Assembly (NCBI GenBank): GCA_030704615.1
Contig: CM060733.1
Span: 2,232,001-2,296,000 of the forward strand
Reading direction: 5' to 3'
DNA length: 64,000 nt
Source: Takakia lepidozioides
Taxonomy: Eukaryota; Plantae; Bryophyta
How positions within the stretch are numbered: the stretch's first letter is position 1; each line of letters starts with the position of its first letter. Shown here one piece after another: positions 1 to 14,255 of this stretch. The notes under the pieces were generated by a model, which made no database searches, had not been told where the DNA came from, and saw nothing but the letters and a program-made list of their open reading frames with translations. Position numbers and translations under genes: made by a program.

Positions 1-364
1 CGAATCCATTATGTTCAAACGTGAGAAATACGAGCCCCTAGTTCTAGCCCTCCGTCAATATGGATGGAACACTGCCCCTCTGACAATTATCACTACTGGT
101 GTCAGAGGGGGAGCTCACTGTCACAACAGTCTAATCCTAAAAGAAACCTTAAACTACCTCATAAATATACCACCCCCCTATTACGAACACTACACTTCAC
201 GGCCATCACTTCATTAACATCCGTTATCCTCAACAAAAGAAAGATTGAAAGTGGCCAGCTTGCCGCTTAGTAACTGGTTCTTGTTACTATAGAGCCCACC
301 CCCGAAAGGGGGCAACACCCACAGGGGGAAGAGGCTCTTATTTACACTAGCTTCGGCTGGCGTC
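1..364 (+). mobile_element. 3' end of an RLE-type (R2/CRE/NeSL-like) non-LTR retrotransposon, frameshifted, followed by an (AT)n tract
   Basis: KREKYEPLVLALRQYGW...IITTGVRG matches the K..KY..L...L...GW......G..G C-terminus of restriction-like endonuclease domains. It continues in a second frame to TAG at 270, then a structured 3' UTR ending GCTGGCGTC and (AT)n at ~365-390. Confidence 0.6.
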
Positions 365-443
365 ATATATATATATATATATATATATATCACTACTTGG
401 TGGACTGCCACATGTGACTAAGACTAATCTACAGTAATCTATG

Positions 444-1700
444 TCAACATGGGCCACCAGGCCCATTAGGGTATCCACGACCACCGCCATTGCCTCTATA
501 TCCTGCCATACCACGCCCCCTTACAGGAGATCCTGCTGCTGGATGGACCTGCTTATACCCCCCACCACTCCTTGGCACTCCGGCTGCGGATGGTGAGGAT
601 GATGTGGGTAGTGATGATAATGCCCTGTGTTTGTGGCTGCTCCACTGCCTTCTCTTCCCCCACATCGGCAAATGCTTCCTACATTTGCATGAGGCTGCCC
701 GAACTATCCACCCACCATCAACACCAGGACACCTAGTCAATTTTCTCTCTCCACCTCTCTGCAGTAAATAGAGATTGTAAGTGGCAGAAAGTACAGGATC
801 AGATTTGGAGTGAGAGCACAAGGGATTATGCCGTATCGGTGTCGGGAGGTGATTAATTTGTCCCTGCTTGTTGGAAACATTACTGGGTTCAAGTACTCAG
901 ACCACACCTGTGGTATTTCAGTGGCTGCCCCTGCACTGTCAGGAGAGAATGTTGTAGGAGTTCTGGCAGGTACTTCTCCATTGCTGCCTACCACCTCATA
1001 CTCGTACAGCTGTGCTCCTGCTGTCTGCTGCTCCTGTTCAAGCTCCATAAAAAACTCAGGAGTGAGCTCAGGTACCTGAATTGGTCAAACATTGCATTGG
1101 CAGGGAAACAGATGATCTATCCTTCCCTCAAGAAGACATCCCCAAGAACACATAACTATGTAGATAGACAGAAGCGTTGCACCAAAAGTACAGCCAAATA
1201 GATGGAACTGACAGATAATCATGCATTTTGTGCAACTAGAATGTTGAGCCCTAGCAAGCAAAAATTGGTAGGTGACTGACTAAGGACAGTCTCGTTACTT
1301 CAGATCAAACAGTCAGAAACAAAGGATCTGCACAATGATTTGCCTTTCAGAATCGCTGTAAAATACAACCAACCACCTGCTGAGAATAGTATGTAGGAGG
1401 AGCATATTGTTTTCCACTTCCTCGGTCGTGAGATACTGGCCAGCAGCTATGGCTGCAGCCGCAGCTGTTTGCAGGCTCACGGTTTGCAACTCTGGAGTCA
1501 TTGTGAAGTACTCAGATGAAAGGACCCTGTTCAACCTCTCCCTCAGCCGTGAGTCTTGTAACATTTTGTGTCAAGGCGCAACACTTTCAACCACCCAACA
1601 ATCCCCTGCGCTCAACACAACTGAGCATCATAGACATAATGCTCCAGGGTTCTTCAAACCATTGAATCGAAGTGGTCAAACATTTTACATCTAGGAAGAA
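444..1700 (-). pseudogene. Probable decayed glycine-rich (At1g27090/caprin-like) gene
   Basis: RLRERLNRVLSSEYFTMTPELQ...AAAAAIAAGQY resembles the LKERLNKIMASDYFTTTPEMK...AAAAGNY block I recall for this plant family. It has an RGG-rich end (GRGMAGYRGNGGGRGYPNG). The ORFs are broken across frames. Confidence 0.45.
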
Positions 1701-3479
1701 TACCTCTCGCTCTGATCCGCCATTCGATCCTCCATTGACATAACCCTCCGGGCACATCCTTGAGATTGCTACGTAATCTACCCACAGTGGGCATATTATG
1801 CTACATTCCGGCTCATTTGAGATGTGCGAGAAGCGGTGAACGGGCGCGGCAAATTAGCTGCGCGCTGGCATCACACCAACAATGCTTGGTGGACACGTGG
1901 TGGCGGTTAACCTCCATGGGGTTCACATGAACTGTGCAGCGCTCGTCAATACTCCGTTGTGTACATCAGTCTAAGCCCCCGTCCCAGTGGCTTCCGCATC
2001 GAGTCTGTCGGTCACAATCTCTACTCGATAGTATGGTACCCAGCATTGCTTGTATATTTCTACAGTCTGACAGGTGAGTCATGCTCTTGTCCGGAGGATC
2101 ATGCTTAACTCCGGTTCTCAAAGGACTTGCCTCTCCGTCTCTTTCATCTGGAAGGGCAATTGTGCCGGCATTGGGTGGTTCATTGCCTCCTTCGTAAGAC
2201 TGATCCTCTGAATTAGCCCGATGTCGCTTTGGCTAGTTCATGGCAGTTCAAGATGCGCTATTCGATTGTTTATTATGAATGTCTCGTGACATCGTGTAAG
2301 GGCGCTGATCTTCTCTCTGTATCTCATCGTGCCTGTCAGTACAGCATACAGCATCCTGCGGAGAACAAGCCTTGAGTAAACCTATATTTCATATTTCAGC
2401 GTCTTCGTCGCCTTAGAGTGCTACCCAAATGCCAGTGGCTTACCCTGGGAGAAGCATCCCCAGTCGTCCTAAATTTCTCGAACGAAGTAAACCAAGAATG
2501 ACCGACCATTTGAAGATCTTCTGAATCATGTTTGATTTCTATAACGAATCTAGTACTACAGAATCTTCAGAGGACATCTGTTATGTATCAGGAATCGATG
2601 GACCTGCATTTTCTTGCATACCAATAGTAAATATCAGACTGATCTAGAACTGATCTAACATTTTGATTTAGACATTTGATTGTGCCTACGTATCCGAACT
2701 GCACGTTCTTAATCGTAATCTGCAAACATCCAAGGGGACTCTCGAGCTTTTACTAATCGAGGTTAGATTCACAGCAAAGGTAGTCCCGAGGGCCTATAAT
2801 GTCTTCAACGGGTACTGAATCTCGAATGGGGAGGGTTTCTTAATTATGTTGTGTATAGAATTATGGGTCTTGGAGTAGATGGGGAGTGGGTCCATGATAT
2901 CTAAGTTCCACATGCATGCAGGCCTCTCTACTCTCACCTCAATTAATACAAGCTCAGACTTCCCTTGGATGTTTGTAAATTAAATTACATTTTTACTAAC
3001 AGACTTATGTGCTACCTCCTGGCCCCCTCACACCCTTCAATGGTTTTGAATAACCTTAATATCCTAAGTTATTTAGTCCAAACACTTGGGTACTACGTCT
3101 GATCAATCTGTCTAGAAAACTAGAGTTTGTGCTGTGTCAATAACTCATCATTATCAGTACCAGCTCAATTACTTAGGGTTAGGAAATTGATTGCCGAGGT
3201 ATGAGCATGTGCAGGAACCGATTCTTGAAGAAAAACTCGTGGAGAGGGGAATAGACAGGCAAGAGGGGTAGCAGGCATGGGAAGGGGAGCAGGGGAGTCG
3301 TCTACGAAGGTAGGAATAGAAGCCGAAACATTTTATGATACACAGGCCTTTCAGTATGGAGTTCGAGATAAGTGGGGATTTTCCCCTCACACCCCCGATG
3401 AAGACAAAGCTGGCAATGTCATTTATGCGGTAACCCCGGAAAGAGGCTGCTATATCAAGCCATGGGAACAGGCACTCTC

Positions 3480-3545
3480 TCTCTCCCTCTCCTAGTATCC
3501 GCAAGGGGAAGAGGCTCTTATTTACGCAAACTTAGGTTAGCGTCA
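3480..3545 (+). mobile_element. Short copy of the RLE-LINE-type 3' tail
   Basis: GGGGAAGAGGCTCTTTATTTAC...GCGTC, as at 325-364, followed by a CT-rich tract. Confidence 0.55.
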
Positions 3546-4259
3546 TCTCTCTCTTTTTTCCTCTCTCTCCCCCGTAGTAATCAAAAGTACCGAAGAGCAT
3601 ATCACATAGTTTATTCATAATTCTTGCCAGGCCCGCCAAGCAAACCCATGCAGGCTCGGAATTAAAACACGTGTAATTCAAATGCGTCGTGGTAGAGAGA
3701 GGAGAGTGTCTCTCAATCGGATAGTCGATCGTCACGGTCTGTGCGCGAGCGCCATGGCGATTTCGGGTTGAGTTTCATATACTCTGGGAATCTGAACCTG
3801 GGGTCTAGTATGGGTACTTTATGGCCAGCGTTCGCAAGGGAATGATCAATTAGCACCTCTTATATAACAAGCTCAATGAAAACAGCGACCGGTGCTTGAT
3901 GTTACACTCACTGAAGGAATATCAGTACCTGTTATGCTACGGTAGGTGAATTCGTTCAAAGTCGAAATCTGTGTGCAGATTGAGGATTTCACACTGTGAG
4001 ATGGTCAGATCAAGTGAATGAAGGAGGGTTGGGTGATCCTGAAATGAAATGGCATAAAAGTCTGAAGTGGCCGACCTTTTTTCTTCGGTCTAGTTTCACA
4101 TACTAGTTCTTGCACCTTCTGATGTCTGTGTGTGCCACGAGGACAAATACCGCCCAATGCTGGGGTCTAAAATTTTGAATCGTGGTACTCGTACTTAGTC
4201 TGGAGCCATGGGTACGTGGTTGGGTGCTTGCAGGGGGGCCACCCTCATGACTTTTACAG

Positions 4260-5675
4260 AGCGTCACGGTCAACAAGAAGCACTGATCCATATGCTCACT
4301 ATGAGCAAGGGAAGGCGCTTGAGGTGCTGTGTCTACCTTCCGCCAATTTCTTATTATGAACACGCCCTAGGCTCTAGCATGTGTCACCCCTTAACACTGA
4401 CGTGTCAATCATGTTGGAACCAGGATAAGGGACGTCCAGATGTGTTAAGAGAAACGAAGTTAGGTTCTTCCTCCATGAAAATTGATGCGCTCGTGTCATG
4501 TTGGTACAGAGGCATGAAAGGTTGGTGGCGGAGGTAGATGCCTGGAGGCGGCGGGAGATACTGAAGGAGGACATGATAATGCAGATGAGCAAACTGCAGG
4601 CAATTGAGCGCCAACGGGCTCACTCCATTGGTCTCGTTCTCAGCTCTGTGCTCTTCTTTCCTTCATTCCAACAATACTATGGCCAGCATGGACTAACGCG
4701 CAACTCACCCAACTTGGTTTTGGGCTGCTTGGTGGGGCGCACTCTCTATCTTGTTTCATGCTTTCCCTTGTCCCAGCTTGTTTTTGAGCTTTCTGCGGGC
4801 GTTATCTAAAGTATCATTTCATTTCTCACCCAACAACCCAGCTGCCGCACACCACCCCCCCGCCCACCCTCCGCTCTCCACACTGCTTTCAGTCTTCCCG
4901 CACCATCACTAATTTGTTCAATAAAATACTTTCCTCAAATATCGTCAAATCTCTTGTCAACTGCAGAGTTGAGGAGACAGATACACTTGGAGCAGATGCA
5001 ATGGTCAAGGCCTCAAACAGCTCGATCCGCAGGCTCCTCACTACACTCATCCAGGGCTGGATCAGCAGATGGCGAGCAGACATATAGACCAGGCTCAGTG
5101 AACCTGTCAACACAAGCAAATGCACTGAGGGCTCCTCGTTATTCACATGCAGTTAATCCATGCTCTCGGCAATCTCTGGGCAATTACAGCACGGCACCTT
5201 CATCTGCACGATCTTCAAAGGCCGAAGAAATGCCCCCTATTAGAATTGTTAATCCTTCCTCTGGTATTATTCTGTTCTTTGCAGTACAGTTACTCTGGTT
5301 GGTGTCAAATTTGACATCTTAGCTGCAGACAGCCGTAGGGTACCGTGGCATTGAAAACAAAAATCTTGCATACAGCAATTATCTTGCAGCCTTACAGCCA
5401 ATTCCCTTTCCTGAAAGTCTTAATGTGAGCCTCAGACTGCTTCTGTAGGTCCTAAATTTGTGACTCACTACCCTACCATTTTCCTCCCAGCCCTTCAGCA
5501 AAGATATTTATTGGGTTAACACACATAAGCCTTGTGGCTTCTTATAACCCTTTTGTTTTTGTTTGCGGTGACTGCAGCTGCAGCAAAGTTAGAACTACAA
5601 GACCTGGATACATTCGAGGAAAGGCTTGAATCTATGCAAGCCCCCCCACAAGCCGCAAGAAGCAGAAGAGGCTGA
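4260..5675 (+). CDS. Putative spliced gene for a small unknown coiled-coil/Ser-rich protein; 5' end unresolved
   Basis: Phase-compatible exons at ~4260-4323, ~4510-4630, 4967-5262 and 5578-5675 (RHERLVAEVDAWRRREILKED / ELRRQIHLEQ / AAAKLELQDLDTFEERLES...TGA), with AG acceptors and GT donors. Confidence 0.45.
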
Positions 5676-6261
5676 CCAAGCGATAGAAGTGACCCTCGTT
5701 TCCCTCATAAATTGTACATATTGATGTTGCAAACCAAAAGGGCTAGTATTGTAACGATGCATGAAATGTTGTTTTTACAAGCTGGTAGGAGATCCCACCA
5801 TGGCTGGACATTGGGTGGCTTGATATATTATACACGAATGTACCAGTATTGTTGGCAAGGTCAGTCAAAAGCACTTCCTCTCCATTCTGTTCTATTCCTC
5901 CATACTCCCAGTTTAAACTTGACATCATTGTAGAATTTGTAGATCTCAGACATCAATCTATGAAGCGAGACGTTTTGTTTTGTTTTGTCACGTTGAGATG
6001 TCCCAAACCGCATGGCCCCAGCCTTGGTCCTTGGTACCGTTGGAAAGGAGGGTGCACGCTTGGTCTCATGATTTTTGGACCGGCAGTGTGGGAGGTGTGG
6101 GATTCCAAGTAATTTCGGTTGCTGGAAATTCACAAAAAATAGCAAAAATGGCTGGGCATTCATGGGGACAATGGTTGGAGCTTCCATGGGAGAGATATCA
6201 AGGGAAAGGTCTCAAGTTCAAAGCTGGTCGCAGGCTTTGTGGAAAAAACTTACTTGGATGA

Positions 6262-6462
6262 CATTGGACACTTGGGCCAATGGCAAAGGCTACCCTAGAG
6301 GTTGCATTTGGGCCTCAAGATAGGAGTGCACTTTGATACATAGGGGATTGCACACTGGACACTTGGGCCAATGGTCTTGGGGGGGGGGGAGGAGATTAGA
6401 TACGCCTTGCTTCATATATTGATGCACTTGGACACTAAGTTGGGCCAACGGCACAGGCTACC
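6262..6462. repeat. Three degenerate copies of a TGGACACTTGGGCCAATGG unit, ~75-90 bp apart
   Basis: Motif visible at ~6265, ~6356 and ~6429. Confidence 0.55.
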
Positions 6463-7889
6463 CAAGTCGGAAATTAAGAAATGCCACTTTGTGGTCTGGT
6501 AAGTTAAACCATAGTTTGGTGTAAGAGCTCATTTTCAGGTCCACAAAAACATTATAATATACGTATTATATCATGCCAACTTTAGAGGTGTGATGCGAAA
6601 ACTAGGCTAAGTATTACACGGTTGGAAATTGTGGATGAGGTAGATAGTTCATTGGTTTTAGTGCAACTGGTACTAAAAATGTCCAAAAAGTTCAAAACCA
6701 CCTTGGGATATCAAGGGTTAAGCTAAAATAGTTATACATCAAAAAGATAATTTTATATTCTTGAACGGTTTCGATTTTTCTTAAAACCCAAATGTTCGGA
6801 AATTGGAAGCCATCTGAGTCAAGATCACAAGGTCAATGAGGTCGGCACAAATGCCTAAATTTGCAAGACCACCAGGGCCACAAATGTATATTTAAATTGG
6901 TTATGATTTTTGTCTATCCTAATAAAAAAAGAGCTGGAATGAATGAAATTTGAAAGTTAGTTGAGTTTTCATTTAAAAACTGGATGAATAGCAAAAACAA
7001 ATCTACATCAAAGAAGTTCCGCTACTAACTGCATAATACTCCGTTATGTAAGAAGAAATTTGTTGTAGAGTTGTTTTTGTTCATCCAACTTGTGTCACCT
7101 GGATTTATTTATTTTTTTTTTCGAGGAGACAGTATGGAAGCCCTCACATTTATTCATAAGCGGAAAACATAAAACCTCAAGGGGCTATGAAGCAACCATG
7201 AGGGACGACTAGCTATGTGTTGATAAAGGAACCCACATAAGATATGAGGGATTCTTTGACAGTGAGACCAAACATCATAAGGTGTTGCCAGATTTCCTTC
7301 ATCTTAATTTGATTGCTTAGCTATTTTGGAATCAAGCTATTGAGTGCCTAGCTGCAGTCATAAAACAAAAACCCAATACAAGAGTCTGATGTTTCTCTAT
7401 TTATAACATAATTACATATTGATAATTTATTTCGGTTCAAAATTATACAAGTCCGAACAATAGCACTGAGTCTGCCTCTTAGTCTATAAGAATTCTCTTA
7501 ACTCTTTTTTCCTGTTACCAGAAATTATTTAGCTATAGATATAAAAAAAGTATATCCACCCCTTTCATCTCCAAAAACAATTGCTATATCAAAAAACAAA
7601 TTGCTATAGTATTGTACATAAATAAATTGTAAAATATATAAATATTGCAGCTCTCTCTCTCCCTCGGCATTCACTGGACTTTATCTCCCTCGGCATTCCA
7701 CATGTTTTGGTGGGAAAGAAGGCGGCTTATTAGAAGTAGACAATGGCGAGGGGGAGAGATGGAAGGTGGGCGTCGGATGCAGTTGGGTATTTATAAGTAG
7801 AGAGTTGTGATGTTGGGATCAGCGATTCTTGCAGGGATCTCGTGAGCGATGCGTTAGCCATCGACATTGTTCAATCCGAGTATACAGTT

Positions 7890-9882
7890 CTAGCGTCGGA
7901 AGCTCCGGACTGGGCGTCCCTGGGCGTCTTCCTCTTTGAGACGCACAGCACTGTAGGCGGCAGCACCTGCCAGTGCCCCAATTATGGGCCCCACAATGTA
8001 GAGCCAGATGCCTTTGTAGTTGTTAGCTGCAATTGCGGGACCGAGAGTGCGAACTGGGTTCATGGATCCCCCCGAGGTTTCCCTGTTGCATCAGTCATAC
8101 ACGAGAAACAAGTCAGGAAAAGCTGCGTGCGTGCACATAATCTACCAATAGTTTTAAATGTTTTCGCTGGTAGTAGTCGCATCTAAATTTCAAGTGGAGG
8201 CTAGGCCAATGTATGATTGGTTTCCGTGTGAAGCGTATGATGAGAAAGCGATCTATAATTGTCTACTGTAGCCGCAGTGCATATCAATCTGGGTGAAAAT
8301 GCGCCTAAAGGTCAGAGGCAAAGCCACAATTGCAACTCAGTATCTTGTGCCCACCAAGTCTTGCGTGATGAATTTATGCACAACAGTCCTAAAGGCAGCG
8401 GCTTGTAAACAAGGAAATTGAGATTTTTGGTTTTCAACCAAAACAACATGTGATTTGTCCCACTGGGAAGAAGAGAGTATGAATTTACCCAGCAATCAAT
8501 ATATTCATCATGACACATGCGCCCACTGCAATGCCTGCGAGCTCTCCAACCTGCCATCCCCTTGATAGTGAGTCTCGGTTCTCTCTCGTCAAAACTGAAA
8601 ATCAACATGTTGTTGTTTTGTGCATGCACATGACGTGTGTTGGAACGGGCCAAAGAGAGAAATAACTCACAGCGCGAGTGTCAGTTGCTACAGCTGTCAC
8701 CACAAACATAAGGTTGAAGGAGATGATCAATTCTAGCACAAAGGAAGGCCAGTATATATCCCCTGAAGGATTAGTCACTCCCCCATGCATGTCAGGATGG
8801 AAAACTCCCTTGAGCGCGAAAGATGCTGCAATTGAACCAATCACTTGTGCCCCGATGTAGAGAGGTACCTGCATATCCATGTACATCACTTTGATATACA
8901 TATACTTGAGTTTTGCGACAGTGTAGACCTCTCCGTAAAAAACGTCTAAATCGGGAAAGTCGAAAGAAAGTATCTGTCCTACATCATCGTAGATTGTGAG
9001 ACACTATGTGAACTTGTAGTGATTTGAACGTGGAGAGAGCATTTTCAATCTCGACTCTTTCCTGCCGATTGGTTGTAAACTGATAAATCAAATATGAGTA
9101 TCCTCGCTAACGTGCAGAACACACACCTGGATCCATGGAAAATGGCGCAGGGATGCAAATGCGATCGTAACTGCTGGGTTCACATGGGCGCCTGAGATAT
9201 GGCCAGTAGAGAAGATGACAATCATAATTGCCAGGCCAGCAGCGGCAGCGTTTCCGATGAGTGTGACTGCTCCACCTGTCTTTTCATTGACAATAGGTGC
9301 CGCTGTGGCCGCAAAGATGAGCACAAAAGTGCCTATGAACTCTGTTGCAAGCTTCACACATGCGATCCCACCCAGTTGCAGTGTGGAAAATCAATCACCA
9401 GACAGGCTAACTATGATGTACATAATGTTAGGGAGTTGCTTGTGTGTCCAGTCTATATTTCCAAGGTTTGCCCTATAAAATGTTCGGATTCTGTGGGTAG
9501 TAAAAAATATCCATGATCCCAAATCCCACTTTGGTCCCATGTCTAGAGACTACTCAAATATCAATTGGTACTTCCCCAGATCAAGCAAATATGATGTACA
9601 TAACTTGTACTTAGAAAATTGGGAATCAGAACGGTTCAGCTGAGAACTCACCTTGCGTTTGAGAGAGGCAGAGGGTGGGAACACAGTGGGAAGATCCTTG
9701 AAGAAACCGTCTTCCTCATTCCCGCAGGAATCGACCGGAAAGCACTTGCTTGCAGACCCTCGAGTAGATAGCTGTCGTTCAAAGCCAGAGCTATTGACTG
9801 ATATCTGTCTCTCTGGGGGACTTGCAAAAAGGGGCCCTGGGGGCAGGTCTTCAGGTGCAGGTATATCCTCTGGCATTGGCAT
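7890..9882 (-). CDS. NIP: NIP aquaporin, NIP II type (NPA/NPV; ar/R A-I-G-R), probable boric acid/metalloid channel
   Basis: Exons 9882-9652, 9351-9127, 8868-8671, 8550-8489 and 8082-7890, all GT-AG. Motifs SGAHVNPAVT, ATDTRAVGELAG, SGGSMNPVRTLGP and C-terminal RSFRR*. Confidence 0.95.
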
Positions 9883-12800
9883 ATTCTTGTAGTGTCCCCA
9901 GAACTCTATGATGAGAGCTCTGGTGTAGGCGCACAAATGTTTTGCTGTACTGATGTCACTCTTGATATTTTTTTTATTTTTTTCCTGCCTCCGGTAGGAG
10001 ACCAGGGGCTTACAGAAGGAACACTGAGTTACATGCTTAAAAGGTTTTTATTAAGGTCTGTTTAAGGAAGTATGGTCGTCTCCAGTTCTAAACTCTCAAA
10101 GCCTAGGATACCTTCGCTTTCAAAAAGCTCTGTGAAAGGTGGTTACTGAAGCTAGCTGAAAAGAAATCCTGGAGAAAGTCTACGGCTCGCTCGAGAGACA
10201 GTGGTTGGAAGACCGGGACGCAGAATATAGAACCAGACTACAAGACGGACCTAACTTGTGACGTCCGACTAAGATATGCCAGCTCGAACCGAGGAAAGAT
10301 CTCCAGACTAACCACCCTCGCGTCTTCTAGTGCACACTGCTCGACGAGGCGATCTGTTCACACAACCACATACGTACACTTCAGCTATCTAACCAATGTA
10401 TCACTTCGGCAGCTCTGCAAGCCTCTGGCAGATAGTAGAGTACATTTAGAAAATTTACAATTGGTCGGCGACTTGAACTGTACATTCGTGGCATACCCGG
10501 GCCCGCTACAATCGTCTGGATTGGCCTTAGACTCGGCTGTGTGCATAGATCACCCTCAAGAGCACACTCTTGCAAATCGCCTCCAGGAGGCCATACCTTA
10601 ATCTTAAGAAGACTTTTCGTTTCTATCAAATGTTAAGAGACCAGTTGAAGGTAAGAAATGGAAGCACTTGTACCCTGTCACTGAGCTTCTCACCAAATGC
10701 ACAATCACCGGTAGCGCTGAAGCAAAAAGTATACGTAGGAACCAAGATTATGCAGTTTCCTGGAACAAAAACAACCAAGCAAGGAAAGGTAGACATCAGA
10801 GCATTGTTGAACATGCGCCTTTATGTAGGCCTTCCAGCAAACTAGTGGAAATCTGGTGCATCCTGCTCTGAAGCATCACACTGGGGTGAAATGACATGAA
10901 TGCAGGCCCCCGTCCACAAGGGAGAACAATCACAATATATGCCTGGCTGCTCTAAGATATGTCATCTCCCCACCTGGAAACGTAGTTGAAAGACGTTCAC
11001 AGACAATATTATGAGAAGAGGAAGAGAAGACATGATCGTGACTGACTGGACCACTGGTGTAACTTTGATTGCAATCAACAGAAGGAATTGTTAAGATGAA
11101 CTTCGACATACGAATCTGTCCCGTCCACCAGTAGGGAGAGAGCTCTAGATATATGTTGATGCAGCAGCTGCAACTACTCACATGTGGTGGAACTAGCTCT
11201 GGCCACCAGAACCCTTCTTAACTGAATGAGGATTGTTATTCTGAATTCAACAGGTCTACAGTGTGATGACCTGAAGCTGTACTTACAACGTGCCTGATCA
11301 CAGCCCCCTTGGGTCTCGCCTCTTCAGCCCCTTCAATTGTCTCAGCCACAACAGCAACCAGCTTACCAGAATCAACGACGGTGGGGGACTCAGTTTCCGC
11401 AGCTAAATAACCCAAAAGAACGTCTCCAGTTTAGGGTTCGTCTGGAGTCTGGACCACCACAGCACAGCTACTCAGCTGGCCCAGCGCATACTCAATTCTG
11501 AAAGCGAGTACAATCCGTGTAGCGATAGCGAGTCTGGAGCCAAGTCAGCGTGCAGCTACAGTCTGCCAAGTTTGTTACGCAGATCCATCTTTACTGACGA
11601 GAGACGACCGACACGACAAGTCCTACGATAAAACGTGTATTCATGATATGTATACTTAAAATTCCAAACAAATTTGTTGATCGCTTTCGCATCCAGTTCC
11701 CCCGAACAGATCCCCGACACCATGGCCCACTTCTCATTTCTTGCTGCACTTTGACCGACCCAACAACTAAACAACAAGTGGCTCGCATGTTCTGCAGTCA
11801 CTTGTAGGCCCACTCTACAGTGAAACAAAGTTGAGGGCCAAGTGAGTTATATCATAGAGTACGAACCTTGGCGGCTAACACGTGAACACAGACATCAGCA
11901 ATCGTCAATTCCACACAGATCTGATAGCAGAGCTACCTCCTGCTATCTAGTAAAGGGCTCCACGACTTTGCTTATTAAAGTGGGCCGTAATGTACTGTGA
12001 TTGCATGCACGCCTTGTGGGGCATAGAGGAATCCATTGGTGAAGACTTGGACCAGTACTCTTGCATCTCAAGCCCCTTCATTCAATACCAAGACCCTCGA
12101 ATCCCTGCAGGTACATAACCCGCCAAAGGTGATGTTCCAGTATGGCTCAACTGGTGTACAGTCATAGTGATGTCAGGAGTTCGAACGTTACTGCAAAAGT
12201 TCCGTAGGACACTAGAAACCATGGTATGAAAGATCATAACCAATCTATGGTGGGCACCTCCAGAGTCCATGGGGCTGGGCGGTTCAGCGGGTCCCACCTT
12301 TCAAAATGGCGGGGTGAGGGTGTAAAGGAAACCAAGTATTCATTCTGAAGGGTTATTCCTGGGCGGCCCATAGCACCTTTGCTTTATGCAGGGCTGTTTG
12401 TTGCAGCCCTTTGCAGTAACACGGCCGTTGTTTTGGTTCGCATTGTTCGATCATTATGCTCGATCATTATGCCCCCATATCGGCATCCCTAGACTCATCT
12501 CTGGTAAATTTTGGAGAAGCAAGTGGTGTTGCCCATGTAAGCGATATCACTAACTTACTCAATGGTCAATTAAGATGCTGACTATGGACAGGGACTGATC
12601 CCAGTGTTCTGATTTTGGATGGTCTTTATCATCACTTGCACTTCTGGTTTTTTAGGACATTTACCCTGCCCATGTATATAATTAGTAACCATCTGCATGG
12701 CACCACCCGCATAGTCTTGCAATTGAAATTTAGTTCATGATTGGTCAGACTAAAAATGTCCCATGCCAATCTCAGCATTTGGAATGCTTCAAAAAGCTCA

Positions 12801-14194
12801 ATAGTAATTGCTTTTCCCTCTCCTTAAAGAAAGATATCAACAAGCTCCAGGTCACCCCATTCAAATATAGTGACATCCTGCAACACAAGATTTTAACAGC
12901 CTCCACCAATTCCAGTGCAACTCTCCCACCTTTATCTCCCAACAATTCTCTGTCTCTGTTCAAACTGAATTCAACGTTTCTAGCGCACCACCCACTTCCC
13001 CTCTCCTTTCCCTGCACCACACAAAGTGGGCATGGCGTCCATGACTACAAAGCACTGAACCCCACTCATTTTCTATCTTTCCTGCCCACTTTGTGGTGTA
13101 GTCAAACCAAATTTGAAAATTCTGGTGCATTTGAAAGTCATGGACAGGACATCAGGACTCTCTATCTCATAGGGTCTGTATCTTGTTAAGGGGCTGTTAT
13201 GAGTCTTACGACTCTCTTCATACACATGGCCCAGCTGGTTTTATTGCTACAGGGTATGATACCCAACCCAAAATTGCCATAGCACCTGGTGCACATGTCG
13301 AGAATCTGATTACAGGGGACGGGGGTTTCATTCGAGGGATGGCATTCACATCACAGAACTGCTAGTGTCCCTATTCTTTAAGCACAAATTGACACGTGCT
13401 CCACTGAAGTTACCCTGTATAGGCAAAGAAAGACATCATAGTCATTAGACTGTGGTTGCTATAGTTTTGTAGCACAGAGAGAGAGAGGTTACCCCCACAG
13501 TGTGTTTCAACACACGCCACTTCCCTGTTTAAGTTCATTCCTCCACCATTGAGATCGAATATCAGCTCCAAAACAGTTGTATGGTTCTGCCCCACATTAC
13601 AATAAACCCCACCCTTATTTTAGGAACCCCTGGAAGAATCAGAGCACAAGAAAATTTAACTAGAAGTCAGGCTGACGACTGATGAAATCTTGAACCCAGA
13701 CACGACAGTGCTGCTTTAGCCAGTTGTCATAGATCCTCCACAAGTATGGATGGGCACTCATTGACAACTCACTCGAAGTCATAGTCCTTATTACAGTCTA
13801 GTCTCACCATCTGCTTCGAAGCTGATGTCCACACCAGCATTGCTACTTTCATCCTCTACCTTGCGAAGATGTGAAACATGTGGCTGCGTGTAGTATAAGT
13901 CGCACTGTAGTGAACAACAGGAGACAGGCCCAGAGATAAGGAAAACACTCACCTACACCCACAATGGGCCCAGAGAGGGCCAATGGATGAAGGAGGATAA
14001 AAACAGAAAACAAAGGGAACACAAGAAAGTCGCTCAAAGAGAACAGTTGCCTCAGAAGGTAAGCTGCCAAGGCCATGAAGCTGAAGGCCTCTGCCACATG
14101 GGAAATCTTCTAAAGAGACTACTACCTTACCTGATATCTCCAAGTATCTGGGTTAGGAGAAAAGAAAAGAAAACTCTCTCTAAGAAGCATGTAC

Positions 14195-14255
14195 TTATGA
14201 GACGTTTGCCGTAGCCTTGTGGCCATAGACCCTGTGCCTAGCTTGGGCGGAACTG
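14195..14255 (-). mobile_element. Very short 3'-terminal copy of LINE family L-A
   Basis: Reverse complement of GGGTCTATGGCCACAAGGCTACGGCAAACGTCTCATAAGTAC, shared with the copies at ~41010, ~50580, ~53050, ~53780 and ~54445. Confidence 0.7.

Noticed and set aside
290-364. Structured LINE tail as a self-cleaving ribozyme
   Set aside because: No hammerhead core (CUGANGA...GAAA) or HDV pseudoknot was identifiable by eye, and it lies at the 3' end of the element.
13270-13345. IAPG...ITGDGGFIRG as an RRP4 exosome fragment
   Set aside because: Too short, with no supporting exons.
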